Below are positions 11,895-23,519 of a DNA stretch of 64,000 bases, piece after piece. Both the position numbers and the translations under genes were made by a program. The stretch lies in NCBI GenBank assembly GCA_973895155.1, contig OZ316896.1, positions 6,900,232 through 6,964,231 on the forward strand, in the 5' to 3' direction. The first letter of the stretch is position 1. Every line of letters starts with the position of its first letter. The notes beneath the pieces are model-generated. The model saw only the letters and a program-made list of their open reading frames with translations, ran no database searches and was not told the origin of the DNA. The stretch is from Marsupella aquatica (Eukaryota > Plantae > Marchantiophyta).

Positions 11895-12597
11895 GATGTC
11901 AGTTGCAGCTCTACCTTTGCTAGTGATACACTCTCGCTATTTGCAACACTCTGCCAAAATCTGAGCTCAAACCGCAGCCGGTTGCCCTTCCAACTCGAAA
12001 TGAAATTTCGCCCCAAGCTCAGAATCCCGAAACTGGACACGTAGCAGATCGTGCATGCTAAAGTGCATACCAAACGATGTCGGTTGCAGCTCTAACTTTG
12101 CCAGTGATACATTCTTGCTGTTTCCAATGCTCTGGCAAAGTCTGAGCTTAAACCGCAGCCAATTTCCCTTCCAACTCGAAGTGAAATTTTGCCCCAAACT
12201 CAGAATTGCGAAACTGGAGACGTAACAGATCGTGCATGCTAAAGTGCATATCAAACGATGTCGGTTGCAGCTCTAACTTTGCCAGTGATACATTCTTGCT
12301 GTTTCCAATGCTCTGGCAAAATCTGAGCTCAAACCGCAGCCGATTGCCCTTCCAACTCGAAGTGAAATTTCGCCCCAAGCTCAGAATCGCGAAACTGGAG
12401 ACGTAGTAGATCGCGCATGCTAAAGTGCATACCAAACAATGTCGGTTGCAGCTCTAACTTTGCCAGTGATACATTCTCGCTGTTTCCAATGCTCTGGCAA
12501 AGTCTGAGCTTAAACCGCAGCCGATTTCCCTTCCAACTCGAAGTGAAATTTCGCCCCGAGCTCATAATCGCGAAACTGGAGACGTAACTGATCGTGC
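11895..12597 (-). repeat. 181-bp tandem monomers forming the LINE 5' region (about 3.9 units)
   Basis: GATGTC(A/G)GTTGCAGCTC at 11895 and 12076, continuing with period 181; each unit contains the inverted repeat TTTGCCAG...CTGGCAAA. Confidence 0.92.
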
Positions 12598-14480
12598 GTC
12601 CTCATCGTTAGTGACTCAACACAATTATAATAGCGCTTTCTGCCATATTTATCACCGTGGTTGCACATATATAAGAACATTGTAACTTTGGCTCTTATTA
12701 AATAATAATCCCGGCCCACATCCCAAATCCAACCCATACATATATACTTTATATGTATGATTGACAAAATGATTATAGGTATATGTACCGGAGGTCGGTG
12801 CAATTGCAAGTCGCGCGCCATGATGCAAGCCACTGGTTACTCCATCATACAAAGAGAAAGACACATACTGAACCCACTAACATCATTTGGCAGCATTCTG
12901 TCTCCAAATATACCCCTTGGCCAATTTCAAATGGTTGCAGCTCCCTTCATCTAGGAATATTGAACGGCCCAATATTAGGGACTCTTTTTGTTAAGGGTAC
13001 AATGCAATGCCTTTGCCGCAAGACCACTTCTACCTACTCTTCCTTGTAATGTGTGTTGCCCTCAATTGGCTTCATGAACCCCTTCACCTAATGGACCATG
13101 CCACAAGTTTCCATGTGTTACATGGTAATGCCTTTGCCCATTGACTGTTTTTCCCAAACCCCTTGTGCCAAAACCCTTGGGAGAAACGACGAGTGCCTTC
13201 GCGCGCACAGAGTGTCGGCATTTGGTGAGCGAGAAGGAAGAGTCGAACATTGTCAGGCTTGGGCCCTAGGTTTACCTGAGTGAATCCTATCGAGCTTCTT
13301 TGAGTGTCTTGTCTCCGCTGTGCGCTTGCAATCAAAGGCTTGGATTCTCGCTACTATTGGGAGCTCGGGGTTGGAAGGAGGGTTGAGTCATTGGCATTTT
13401 GTTGGCAGTGGAAGGAGCTATGGGTTTAGGAGGCTGCTTATTGCAAGCACAAAACATTGCAGCAGTGACATTGCTAGGTTTCGCTACTGTGCTGAGTGAG
13501 GCTGAGGCTGGGTCCAGAGTTTACAAAGGTCCTCACTAAGCCCGTGGTTCATAGTTTACGAATGTGAGAGTCCTAGTGTGGTGCGTCCCATGGCTCCCTA
13601 AACCCAAGAAACCCCCCAGCTCAAGCCGATTCCTGCAGGTTTCGCGCTTGGCGAGGCCGTTTCCGCGGCTTAGCCGCATGGGACGCTGCTAACCTCCTTC
13701 TACTATTACTATTAGCCTTTTACACACATATATTGGACAGATCCTTCATCGGGTCATGAGATACGTAGCCGGCCTAATCTAGGCCTTCCCTTGTCTTCCT
13801 CTCCTTCTGGTTAGGTATGTTTGGATTCCGCCACCGGAATGATCCCCAATAGGCTTGGTTAAGCCGCTAAGACCTCTCTTAGCTCGACACATCCAACTCT
13901 CACTCCCTTGCTTACTTTCCTTCATCTATTAGTTGATGTGGGCACTCTTCACACAAGTTAATGCGACACACAAATAGCAAAATGACTCCTTCTGACTGAG
14001 TCATACCATGCACTTGCCATACAAACAGTACATCTCATACACAAGCTCTGCGAACTAAGCCATGAGACCAACTCTATTCAGCTCTTAGGCATGAGGAAAC
14101 ATGAATATACACAAGGTCACGGTATGACTAACCGAGAGCTTCTCTTACTACTTGATCCCAGCCCGGCTGGTGCAAACTAAAAACTTGCTAAAGAAGAGGC
14201 CCTGAGCTCCCCGCTGCCCAGGTACTTATCCTGGTAGTGGATCCGCCTAATTCTTTGCAGCGTAAGCCTAATCTACCTAACAATAATCTACCTATGTACA
14301 ACAAGGCAGGAGCACAAGTGTTGCTCCCACCAGTGGAACCGCAATCCCACTAAGCTAAGTGTCAGGGCCGCTCCTGGTCCTAATCCTAATCCTAAACTTG
14401 GAGATCAGCGCCCGCCCTGCCCACTCACGCCTCCTACCACCACGTCCGCCCTTCCTAAAAGGAACGGCGCCCTTGCACCA

Positions 14481-16043
14481 TCACGACACCGGTGGTGGAT
14501 CCTCAATGGACGCCCCCAATGCTTCCTCCGCAACCACTGCTGTTGGTCCGTCCTCTGACAGATTACCTGCCTCTGACCGAGTCAACTTTTCATCGGCCTG
14601 ACTGGGCCCACCCTCGGCTTCGGCATCGGCTCGGGAATCACTCTCGGCTACGGCCTCAGCCTCGGCTTCAGACACTGTCTCCCCGGCCTGCTCAAGAGGC
14701 GGATCTGGGATACCGGCCTCATTACTGAGTAGTTCGGCTTGGGCCGCGCCATCCCCACCTTTGGTGATAGCGGAATCTATCGTTGTGTTCATGCCGGAGG
14801 TTGGTGCCGGTTTGAGTACGGCTTGAGGGGTCGAATAACCTCCGGACCCCGAAGGTTTCCGCTTCTTCTTCTTCACTATCTCCGCAGCCTGTTCCTTCCC
14901 TTTGCCGCCAACGTCCGGCACCGGGCCGTGTGTCACGACTGGCCCTTCGGTAATTACCACCCCTGGTAACTGGTTTGCCCCAAAGGGAGATGGACCTGAT
15001 GCAGCTAAGCATTTAAATACTGCGGCTTGTTTCTTCAGCCGCTCTGTTTGGTTGTCGGCCCGCCGCTGTAGGTTCTCCATCTTCCTCATGATTTCCTCCA
15101 ACTCCTCCTGGGTCTCATCCAGGTCCTTACGTGCCTCCTCCAGCTCGTTTTTGGCTTCCTCCAATTCCTTGTGGGCTTCCTCCAATTCCTTCTTGGTGGT
15201 AGCCCTCTCCTCCTGGGTTGCTCTCAGCTCCTTGTCGAGCTCCGCTACGACCTCAGATTCCATGTTATGCATCTTGGCATAAGTCTGGTCGAGCTGGGCG
15301 TCCTTCTCCCGCAGGTCGGCCTTGAAGCTGGCCGTCAGGGACGCAAGTTCCTGCTGTAGCGCAATAATCCCTTGATAGGATTTCCCTAACTCGGCCTCCT
15401 TCTGCTCAAGGACTCCGCAGATTTTCTCGAGCTCCCCCTTCAACGCCCATTCCTTTCTTTGAGTCTCCGCCGTGACCTGGTTGTTGATTGCTATATGGGC
15501 CTCCTCTACGTTTCTCAGCTCCTTCTTCCATTTCTCCCTGTCCTTGATTGCGTCGGCCAATTCTCCCTGGGTCTGAGTCAGTTTATCCTTGATGATCTGA
15601 TTATCAGCCTGCGCTGTGTCCAACTGCCCCTGCATGATGTTCAGCTCATGCCACTTAATCCGCAGTTCATCTTGGGCTTTCTTGGCCGCCCTTAGGTCTT
15701 CAATCTTGGCTTCCATCCTCCTAAGCCGCCGGATGACCTCGTCCTTCTTGCTTCTCTCTAAAGCCATCGCTTCTTCTAATTGGTGCTTCTCCAACTGCTC
15801 CCTATGGAAAAAGGGTCCTACCTCCAACTCCTCCCCAAAGATGCCGAGCGCAAGTTCCCCACACATCTCACCATACTCCATGGCTCTATTCTTAGCGTAG
15901 GTGGAATAAGTAGAAGTGATCGGCATCGCCCATCGCGGCCTCTGCTCCCAAGCCGTCTTGCGGATCTCTTCAATCGTGGCTAGAGGTTTGCTTCCTTTTT
16001 TGGCTAGCCGCCTGATGTCCTCCGGCCAATCTCCTCCTGGCAA
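14481..16043 (-). CDS. Long coiled-coil protein with a low-complexity tail; probable C-terminal half of a retroelement accessory ORF
   Basis: 520-aa ORF (TTG start) with extended heptads (ELEEAHKELEEAKNELEEARK); overlaps the upstream ORF by 40 bp in another frame. Confidence 0.65.
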   Translation of the reverse strand: MPGGDWPEDIRRLAKKGSKPLATIEEIRKTAWEQRPRWAMPITSTYSTYAKNRAMEYGEMCGELALGIFGEELEVGPFFHREQLEKHQLEEAMALERSKKDEVIRRLRRMEAKIEDLRAAKKAQDELRIKWHELNIMQGQLDTAQADNQIIKDKLTQTQGELADAIKDREKWKKELRNVEEAHIAINNQVTAETQRKEWALKGELEKICGVLEQKEAELGKSYQGIIALQQELASLTASFKADLREKDAQLDQTYAKMHNMESEVVAELDKELRATQEERATTKKELEEAHKELEEAKNELEEARKDLDETQEELEEIMRKMENLQRRADNQTERLKKQAAVFKCLAASGPSPFGANQLPGVVITEGPVVTHGPVPDVGGKGKEQAAEIVKKKKRKPSGSGGYSTPQAVLKPAPTSGMNTTIDSAITKGGDGAAQAELLSNEAGIPDPPLEQAGETVSEAEAEAVAESDSRADAEAEGGPSQADEKLTRSEAGNLSEDGPTAVVAEEALGASIEDPPPVS

Positions 16044-18094
16044 ATCCTTTTCCTAGCCAGGGCTGCCTTCTCTTCCTGCCTGATTCGCTCCTGAAATTCC
16101 TGCACCGTCTGTTTTATGCCGTCAAAGCTCGGGGGAGCAACATCTGGTGGGGGAGACTCAGGGCTACTCTGCTGGTTGGGGTCCCCTCGTACTACCCTTG
16201 GAAGTGTGGGGATAAACCGGCCACAGGTCCTTACTCCTGGAATGTGATGGTCCGACCCATAGCCGGAGTTATCATGGCTGCAGTCCTCCACTGCCTCCTC
16301 TACTTCTTGGACTTCCGGCTTCTCCCTCTCTTCTTCGTCGGTAGGAGCTTCAAGCAATTCTGCCTCAGATTCAGAGCTTGAGACTCCCACGTACATTCGA
16401 ACACCCGGCTTGGATTCTAGCCTGATTCTGCTTAGGTTGACCTCTGGGGCAGTGTCCTGTATTGGTGCTGCTGCCAAAGCCGGTGCCGGTGCCGTCTTTT
16501 CCTTCTCCAGCATTTTCAGCAGATTCTGTATGCTTGGTTGCTGCATCGGCAAGTCTTCCTTCCTTGGCCTAAACACCTGCTCAATCGTAGGGCTAACAGG
16601 TGGTTGAGGCTTCTCTGCTACCGGCCTCGGTGCTGGAGCTTCCTCGGGTGCCCTTACCTGCAGGGGAAGTACTGGGGCAAAGGTCTGACCTCTGGCATAC
16701 CGGCACAACAGCGGCATGTGATAGCCAAGCCGCGACACGCTCCCCATGCCGATTACCTGCTGCTCCTCCTTTAAGATCTTCTTCAATTGGTTGAGGAGGT
16801 ACCCATTGTAGTCCCGGCTTGGGTCTGGCCTCTCTGCCAGATAGACCTGTGCCTTGCCGATCTCTGCCCTCGGCAAGTTACAATGCATGGTCACCCGCAA
16901 GAAGTCGATCATCTCTCCTATGTGCGGGTTGGTGCAGGTGTTCCGGAAGAAGCCATTCTTCGTTGATGGCCCGGGGAACGACCGGAACTCCTTGTCAGGC
17001 AAGGTCTTCCTGGTATCAACTTTGGTCTTATTGCCTATCGGCAAGCCAAACACTTCGGCAATCACCTTGGGAGTAAGATAGAAATCCTTCCCATATATCC
17101 TCGTGCAATTGGTCTCGGGTTCCCATGACCCCACGAATTCTAATAGGTCTGAATCCGGTACCTCCGGCTTCAGCCATGGTAATCTTACAAAGGCCTCTAA
17201 GCCGGATCCGGCCATGAAGCCTTGGTACTTCTTGGTCTGCATGGCCGTAAAGCATGCATCCTCCTCCCGTGCAAAATGTAGTTGCACCTCCGCTGGTAGG
17301 GTTGCCGCCCAGCCCTTCCAGGTGTCATCCCTGGTTGGAATGGCATTGATGGGATCGACCTCCTCCTCTTCGGCTTCTCCCTGCCTCCTGCTCTGCTGCT
17401 CGGCTGGCTTCTTTGGTGCCGCCGACCTCGTTCTTTTTGCCAGGGTGGCTTCATCGTTGACGGCTCCCTTCCTCTTCATCTCGGCTGCCGTGGAGGTTTC
17501 TCCTAGCACCGTTGCCTGGGTCCACCTTTCCGTGCTACCCTTCAATTCCCAGTGTATGTCGTTGCAGTTCTTGATGGCCTCTCGAATGCCGATGATTCTG
17601 TCTTCACAAAACAGAAGATCGTCGAGCTGATTGGAAGTAGGAGTCCACAAGAACTCAGCCTTGATGAGTTCGCCTCCTAAGAAAGCCGTCTTCTGCAGCT
17701 TCCACAATCGAGCGAGCTCCTGTCGTTCTCGAGCTGCCCTTTCTGATTCTTCGTCCTTGTAAGTCTTGATGTACTCAGTTGCCCGTTCGAACAGGCATCC
17801 CCAGAAATGTGTCGCTTGATTGACGTTGCTCATACCCTCCTTGAGTCGATCGTTGGTATCTGTTCCCACCCCGCGTGCTTGCCTAAGCAGCTGACAGTAG
17901 TTGGCCTCCCGTAGTCGTCTGCCTAGTTCGTGCTCGCAAATGAGCCACCATCTCCTGCAAGCGCTCCTTACCCCTCTCCTCTTCCGGTCCTTTCTCCCGT
18001 TGATCCTTCCTAGCCGCCGATGCTTAGCGCGCCCTAGCCCTAATCTTGTTTTCACCCCCAACGTCCTTACCTCCGGCCTCGGCCCGGGTTCCAT
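16004..18094 (-). CDS. Transposon accessory protein with plant-mobile-domain (PMD)-like segment
   Basis: 696-aa ATG ORF; LLEFVGSWEPETNCTRIYGKDFYLTPKVIAEVFGLPIG resembles the PMD consensus W.PET.....G....T..V..LGLP.G; basic N-terminus, Pro-rich and acidic C-terminal linker; intronless. Confidence 0.6.
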   Translation of the reverse strand: MEPGPRPEVRTLGVKTRLGLGRAKHRRLGRINGRKDRKRRGVRSACRRWWLICEHELGRRLREANYCQLLRQARGVGTDTNDRLKEGMSNVNQATHFWGCLFERATEYIKTYKDEESERAARERQELARLWKLQKTAFLGGELIKAEFLWTPTSNQLDDLLFCEDRIIGIREAIKNCNDIHWELKGSTERWTQATVLGETSTAAEMKRKGAVNDEATLAKRTRSAAPKKPAEQQSRRQGEAEEEEVDPINAIPTRDDTWKGWAATLPAEVQLHFAREEDACFTAMQTKKYQGFMAGSGLEAFVRLPWLKPEVPDSDLLEFVGSWEPETNCTRIYGKDFYLTPKVIAEVFGLPIGNKTKVDTRKTLPDKEFRSFPGPSTKNGFFRNTCTNPHIGEMIDFLRVTMHCNLPRAEIGKAQVYLAERPDPSRDYNGYLLNQLKKILKEEQQVIGMGSVSRLGYHMPLLCRYARGQTFAPVLPLQVRAPEEAPAPRPVAEKPQPPVSPTIEQVFRPRKEDLPMQQPSIQNLLKMLEKEKTAPAPALAAAPIQDTAPEVNLSRIRLESKPGVRMYVGVSSSESEAELLEAPTDEEEREKPEVQEVEEAVEDCSHDNSGYGSDHHIPGVRTCGRFIPTLPRVVRGDPNQQSSPESPPPDVAPPSFDGIKQTVQEFQERIRQEEKAALARKRICQEEIGRRTSGG

Positions 18095-20066
18095 AGTCGC
18101 CCCTAATTGTTTATATTTTCCTTGTTTTGTCCCTATACTAATGTGTTTCTAGGGTGCACTCCTGCTTTACCCACTAACTGGCCGAGTGATTCCTGGCTAG
18201 GCATCACACCTAGTCACTTAAATGTTGTGCAACACTCGCTTCGACTTGCTGAGCTTCAACAAAATAAAGTGAGTTTGAGTAGAGGAGGAGCACGGGTGAC
18301 ATTGCGACCCAATTGCTACGAGTGTTGTGCTATTGATGAGGAGGTGGAGCAGTGCAAGGTTCTCCTTCTATCATATAGTTCATGCCCTATCTGTCACTGA
18401 CAAGTATTTTGCTCTTGTTCTCTGCATGATTTTTCAAACCTGCTCATTTTGTTCAGAATTAGTCTTTTGGAGATGTTGATTCCTCCTTGCGCGATGATGC
18501 TATGTTGAGCTGCATTGGGCTGGGAAACTCAGGTTTGAGTCAATGGGGTGTCGTGTTGCTCTAGATTGAGAGCTTAGGTGGCATTTGGAGCTATTGTGAC
18601 TGAAAATAGAATGCAGATTGAGCTGCGCTCTCTTTGATGTCGGCGCATTGTTCGCCTTCCTAGATGCCGTAGTCACTACTGCTCCTTAGCGTGCACCTAC
18701 AGAGGCGGTGACCCAATGAAGAGAGGGATTGAGCCTTGGTACTGTACTCCTACACAGTCCAAGCTCGTGTGCAGTCCCTGCCACAGTACACTTCCTTCTC
18801 CGCTTTGCCTGCTCTCCTCTTCTCCGCTTGTCTTCTCCTCGCGGTCTTCACAATCAGCTACAAAAGTGATTCCCTGGCCAACTCGCAAACTCAAGTGTCT
18901 GGGATGAGCTACACAAGTACAGCAACTCATGTGCGGTATTTGTTGGTGTGGGGGTACCAAATGCTCTAATCTCGTGGCAGGTATTTCAGAATTTGTATAG
19001 TTTGTGCAATTTCTTTCAAGCTCACCAGTCAAAACTCTGTTGTGAGATGAGTATGAATCTGTCTCAGAAAAGGTCACAGTATTGAAAGAAGTTCCAAGAG
19101 ACAATTGACCGGCTTTGTCTCCATCTGAAATAATTCATTGCACTAGAGAAATGAGGCTAGTTCAATCTTGCTGCTTGGATGGAGGCGTCCACGGGGACTT
19201 TACAATGTATGTTTGTTGATTCTTCTAGGGCAAGGATGAATGGTGTTGGCTTGTGCTTTTCTTGGAATGGGATCTTGGATCTTGCTTGGCTGAGAAAGCC
19301 TTAGTTTGCAATCGATTGGAGGACTTAAGAGAATAAGAGTTAATTTGTTCATAAGGATACATTGGAGGATTTGAGCAACTTTGGCATACAGTGCGTGCAC
19401 CTTTCTCTTGTTGAGTGGGACGGGCTCCGTCAGCAGAACTGTCATGCTGGGAGATGGTGCTTTGTCTCTTCTCTTGGGAGATGTTGGACGACTTGGGATG
19501 GTGTTTGTGGGAGTTGCATACTCTGTCATGGCACGAACCATGGTTTGTTCCCGAGTTCATTCCACATTGGATCAGCGCGGTCCCCCAGGTGCTCTTGATT
19601 TCTTCTGACTGTCGTCTCCCCCTCCCCAGTTATAGCACAGTGCTGCAAATCAGTGCAGCAATGATGTGAGCAAATTATTCGTGTCACGTACGTTGATGGG
19701 TGGGCGGCAGTGGGATAATCGATTAGGCACCAAAGGAACGAAATGAAAGAATGTCGTAAGGGCGCAATAGGATCTCTCTCGCTCTCTCTTTCAACGCCAG
19801 GGGTCTAGGATCGTTGCATGCAACCTTAACTATACCCAGAACTATATGATCTAGGGGCTGCCAAAATGCTGTACAGTGATGGTGGACCACCTGGTGCTGT
19901 GGTTGATGAAGAAAAGAACGTGCCTTGCTTAGACACTCTTTGCGCACATGGCCCTTTTGCCATCACAGGTTGGTCTTGTCGTGCAATTCTGCAAAAATTT
20001 TAGACAACAAATGCGGTCCTTGCCGAACACGATGCTCATCAGGATGGTGGGAGTTGCAGGAATCTC

Positions 20067-20120
20067 CTAGAAGTAGTGGAAGGCATGAAGCTTGACCAAG
20101 GTCACATATCTCCTTATTTT
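20067..20120 (+). pseudogene. CPN60: Captured chaperonin-60 fragment 1
   Basis: LEVVEGMKLDQGHISPYF matches the HSP60/GroEL motif LEVVEGMKLDRGYISPYF. Confidence 0.85.
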
Positions 20121-20233
20121 CTTTCAGTTGTTAATTTCCCAAAAGTTGTAAGTTTCAAAAACTTGGAGAATGACAGCTTTTGATTTAGGCTTGCTATAGT
20201 GTGTTAGTAATAGTTGTCAAATGATTTGGACAG

Positions 20234-20339
20234 ATGCCTGCGTACATCGTAGCCCAAAATGCTGGACTGGAAGGAGCAGTTATGGTGGGCAAGCTTCTGG
20301 AACGGCAGAGCATAGAGATTGGACACGATGAGGCAAGAG
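20234..20339 (+). pseudogene. CPN60: Captured chaperonin-60 exon (mitochondrial HSP60 type), fragment 2
   Basis: AG-exon-GT bounded; MPAYIVAQNAGLEGAVMVGKLLERQSIEIGHDEARG matches plant HSP60 [36 protein letters not shown]. Confidence 0.88.
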
Positions 20340-22115
20340 GTGTGTGACTTTACTCTTTCTTACTACAAATGATTTCTTGATGTTCTGTTATGATTAGAGA
20401 GATGCAGCAGCTGAAAATAATGAGCCGTTGCAGCAGTGGCATTGCAGAATAAATTAAGCAATTATAGTCGATGAATTAGTTGTGCCCCTTTCACGCGGCG
20501 TGGTTGGTGTAAAATTTAGAAGGATTCAGTCTCACTATAATTGTTTGTAATTGTAATACAAATTCTGGTGTACCTTAAGTTGTGCAGCTTGCAAAAATCT
20601 GGGAAAAGGCTCTAGTAGAAACAAGCGGAGCTCCTAGTAGAGAAGGGAAAACCCTTAGAAGAGAGCTCAACTCTGTCCTAGTTAGGTGGATTTGCTTTGT
20701 AACTGAGAATGTAATTTTTGGGGAGTTATCCCTAGCTTGGTTTGATGTGGATGAGTCAACTCTTCTTGATGCCTATCGTTGGATTTTTTCTTGTATTTGG
20801 TTTTTACACCCTCACGTGTAGATGTGGATATGGCCAACGCTGGCATCAGAGATCCAGTGATCATCAAGTTGCCAAACAATGATTTCCCTGCATTTCCATA
20901 CGGCCTGGACAGCAAAGTGTACTGGAGTATGAACGAGCATATAGATTTTTTTATCTACTTGGACATGCCTCTCACATTTATTTCCGTATATTCTAAGACT
21001 TGAAAGATCACCGTTACTCTTAATTGAAACTCTTTTGCGCGTTTTCCGTACCAAATATAGATGGAAAGGGACACAGGAAATACATCTTTGGACGGAGGTA
21101 GGGTCCTAGCCCAAGAACCATGCACTTACCGGTCTGCCCTATTGTTAGCGTTTGACTGCAAAAACAAAACAACAGCAATTCATTGCACCTCATGGAGTCG
21201 CACCATGTCACTTCCCTAAAGTCGTAAATTATGTTGTGTGACGACGTGGTTTCACTGTCGCTCATCCATTGAAATATTTGTCATAATACAGAGTGTAGAA
21301 AACCTAAGAGGTGATGTCCCTTTGTTGATAAACCATTACCATGGTGCACCTGTATACTGTGTGCTTACCGAGAAAAAGAAGCAGAACCGATGGGTGTTCA
21401 ATAATTTCTGCCTGTGTACGTTGGGGTTTTAACCCTGTTGTCTCATAAATTCAACGGAGACATTTTAGCTGACCTCTTGTTTTTGATTTCTACCTTCATG
21501 ATGTTTGACTGTTGCAAATGGAACTTTGCTTTTTCCATTTGATTGTTATGCTCAATTTTTGTTGCTTTTCTTTTCTACTCCTCTTATACTTACCCTCCAA
21601 AGAGTGAGGATCGGACAGGTCACAACTGGCAGTGTTCTATATATGTATCATTCTACGTCATGTTGTAGGGACAAACTAAGCTTCTTACTTGGGAGGCTGC
21701 CACTTATGGGAAGGAATCCTTTCCATAGACTGGTGCTTTTAATCGTGCCAGTAAGAAATAGAAAATTAAGTGATAAATGGCATATTTTCAAGCTCCCTTC
21801 CTTCAATGCATCTAAGCAGCCATCACGTGAATCCACAAAGTGAGATTCTTCCACTTGTGGTCCTTTCGTGTGAGCTGCTACTGTTGAAGAAACGCCAACT
21901 GACTTTGCTGTTGAGATGTTGATGCAGAAAAAGAGAGGAGGTTCGCCACTTGCTACAAGAATCACCGCAATCGCTTGATGATCAACTGAATGATGCAATG
22001 CAAGATGGCGGGATTCCTGGGGATCCTAATATGATCCTGCCCTGAGTTTGTGTGACATGAATAGTTCAGTGTGGCACTGAAATTGTGACTTTATTCTCAT
22101 ATTGGAATGTTGCAG

Positions 22116-23519
22116 AACCACAAAATTTTCAAAGAAACGAAAGGAGTAGGCAAGAAGGGTGACCAACACTATCTCTGGGCCTGTGCGTCAGAGTGAAAGA
22201 TTGAGCAAGAAGGTTGTACCTACAATGGCAGAATGTGAAGATGAGATGGATCCTACACAGGTGGATGCAGACACCAGACAAGAAGATGCAGATGATGAGT
22301 ATTTTCTAGAGGAAATGGATGAAGACGGAGGTTATGAAGATGAATACATTGCAGAGCAGCCCAAAAAGAAACAGGTAATTTTCCCGACAAGGTACTGAGT
22401 TAAATTCTCTTCTTTAGAGGTTTCATGACTCCCTTACACATATGTACAATGCTTAGTTTGTGACATTGGAGTTGGTGATGTGATGCAGTGTCCTATGAGT
22501 TCTGTTTTGCCTGCAAAGCCTGTGCATGCACCATACCAGCAGGGGGGCTAACCTCTGATCAAGGTTGGCTAGGTGGTAGTAGTGGTAGATCCCACGCTGG
22601 TGCCCAATACTATGGCAGGGGGCAAGCTCTAGGTTATACCCGTGGTAGAGGCAGAGCAGGTCCAAACCCACAGTCTTGTGGGTATGGACATCCACCTCAA
22701 CCATGGAGATGTGAGTATATATCTATATGCCAGTTCTTTGTCAAGGCATGGCACTCCTGAATTTCATACTGCATATCAATTTTTGGCATTGTTTGGGATG
22801 TATTGGATTTAGACAACATGAAATTCTGTCCACCTGCCATTGCATGCAGATTCTGCCCAACCTCATTGGGCAAATGCTGGTAATGATCAATTCCAATGTC
22901 CACAAGGATAGACATGGGTTGAACCAGGTTGGGAGGATGGTGGTGGGTCATGGAATGAACAAGGTTGGGAAGGTGGTGAAGGTAATTGGCAGGGATTTCA
23001 AAATACAGTACCTACAAACGCTGGACGAGGGGTAGGTAATGTCTGATCTTGTCAGCAATGGAAGAACTCATTATATCTGGAGTCCATTCATGTGGGGGGG
23101 ATTCTGCACATGTATAATGATAGAAAATGAATGTGTGCAGGTTGGACAGTCGAACCATCGACTCAAATATTCACTAATGCCCCTATGCAGATGCAGCACA
23201 GAAGGGGGCCAGGTATGTCGGGGAAAGTTCACTTGTTTTCCTACAGTTTGTACTTTAGTTTTCAGTACATATGTTTGCACATACATACCTAGAAAGTGAC
23301 ATCATCCGGCCCCTATACTAGGCTGGACAGGTGGTCCAGGGTCGCAACAATTCCAGAGTGCAGTCCCTGCACAGGCATCTACAGGCAGAGCTACAGGTAT
23401 GTATGTTTGAAGAATTTTGGTTGAAGTGAAGCATTGAATGTTGCCGTCATTCATTCTGCTGTATGTAGTTCTCAAGCATGAATGGCATTGTATTTTCTTA
23501 GGTGACTTCAAAACCCAGG
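22116..23519 (+). pseudogene. Multi-exon low-complexity gene remnant, possibly the TnpA-like gene of a second CACTA family
   Basis: Short GT-AG-bounded exons; RQSERLSKK followed by an acidic tract parallels RQSSRLSKL plus acidic tract in the CACTA TnpA-like region near 58400; interrupted by CACTA copy A. Confidence 0.4.

Larger units (their letters stand above)
10646..12597 (-). mobile_element. LINE copy 2: 5' part only (monomers, ORF1, about 133 codons of ORF2), broken by the tail of copy 1
   Basis: Near-identical reverse complement of copy 1 5' region; ORF2 reads ...YPFHRL and then runs into the antisense tail (MVMVMVM). Confidence 0.92.

Noticed and set aside
6341-12597. Twin-priming 5' inversion of a single LINE
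   Set aside because: The inverted piece is at the 3' end, duplicates sequence already present, and differs by SNPs
11849-12833. Family of 74-107 aa ORFs (also 36787-37382)
   Set aside because: By-products of the 181-bp repeat, which shifts frame with each unit; mostly non-ATG starts
12960-13185. NB-ARC P-loop remnant (GTRGLGKT...AKAL, minus strand)
   Set aside because: Needs a frameshift and several stops, with no convincing downstream motifs
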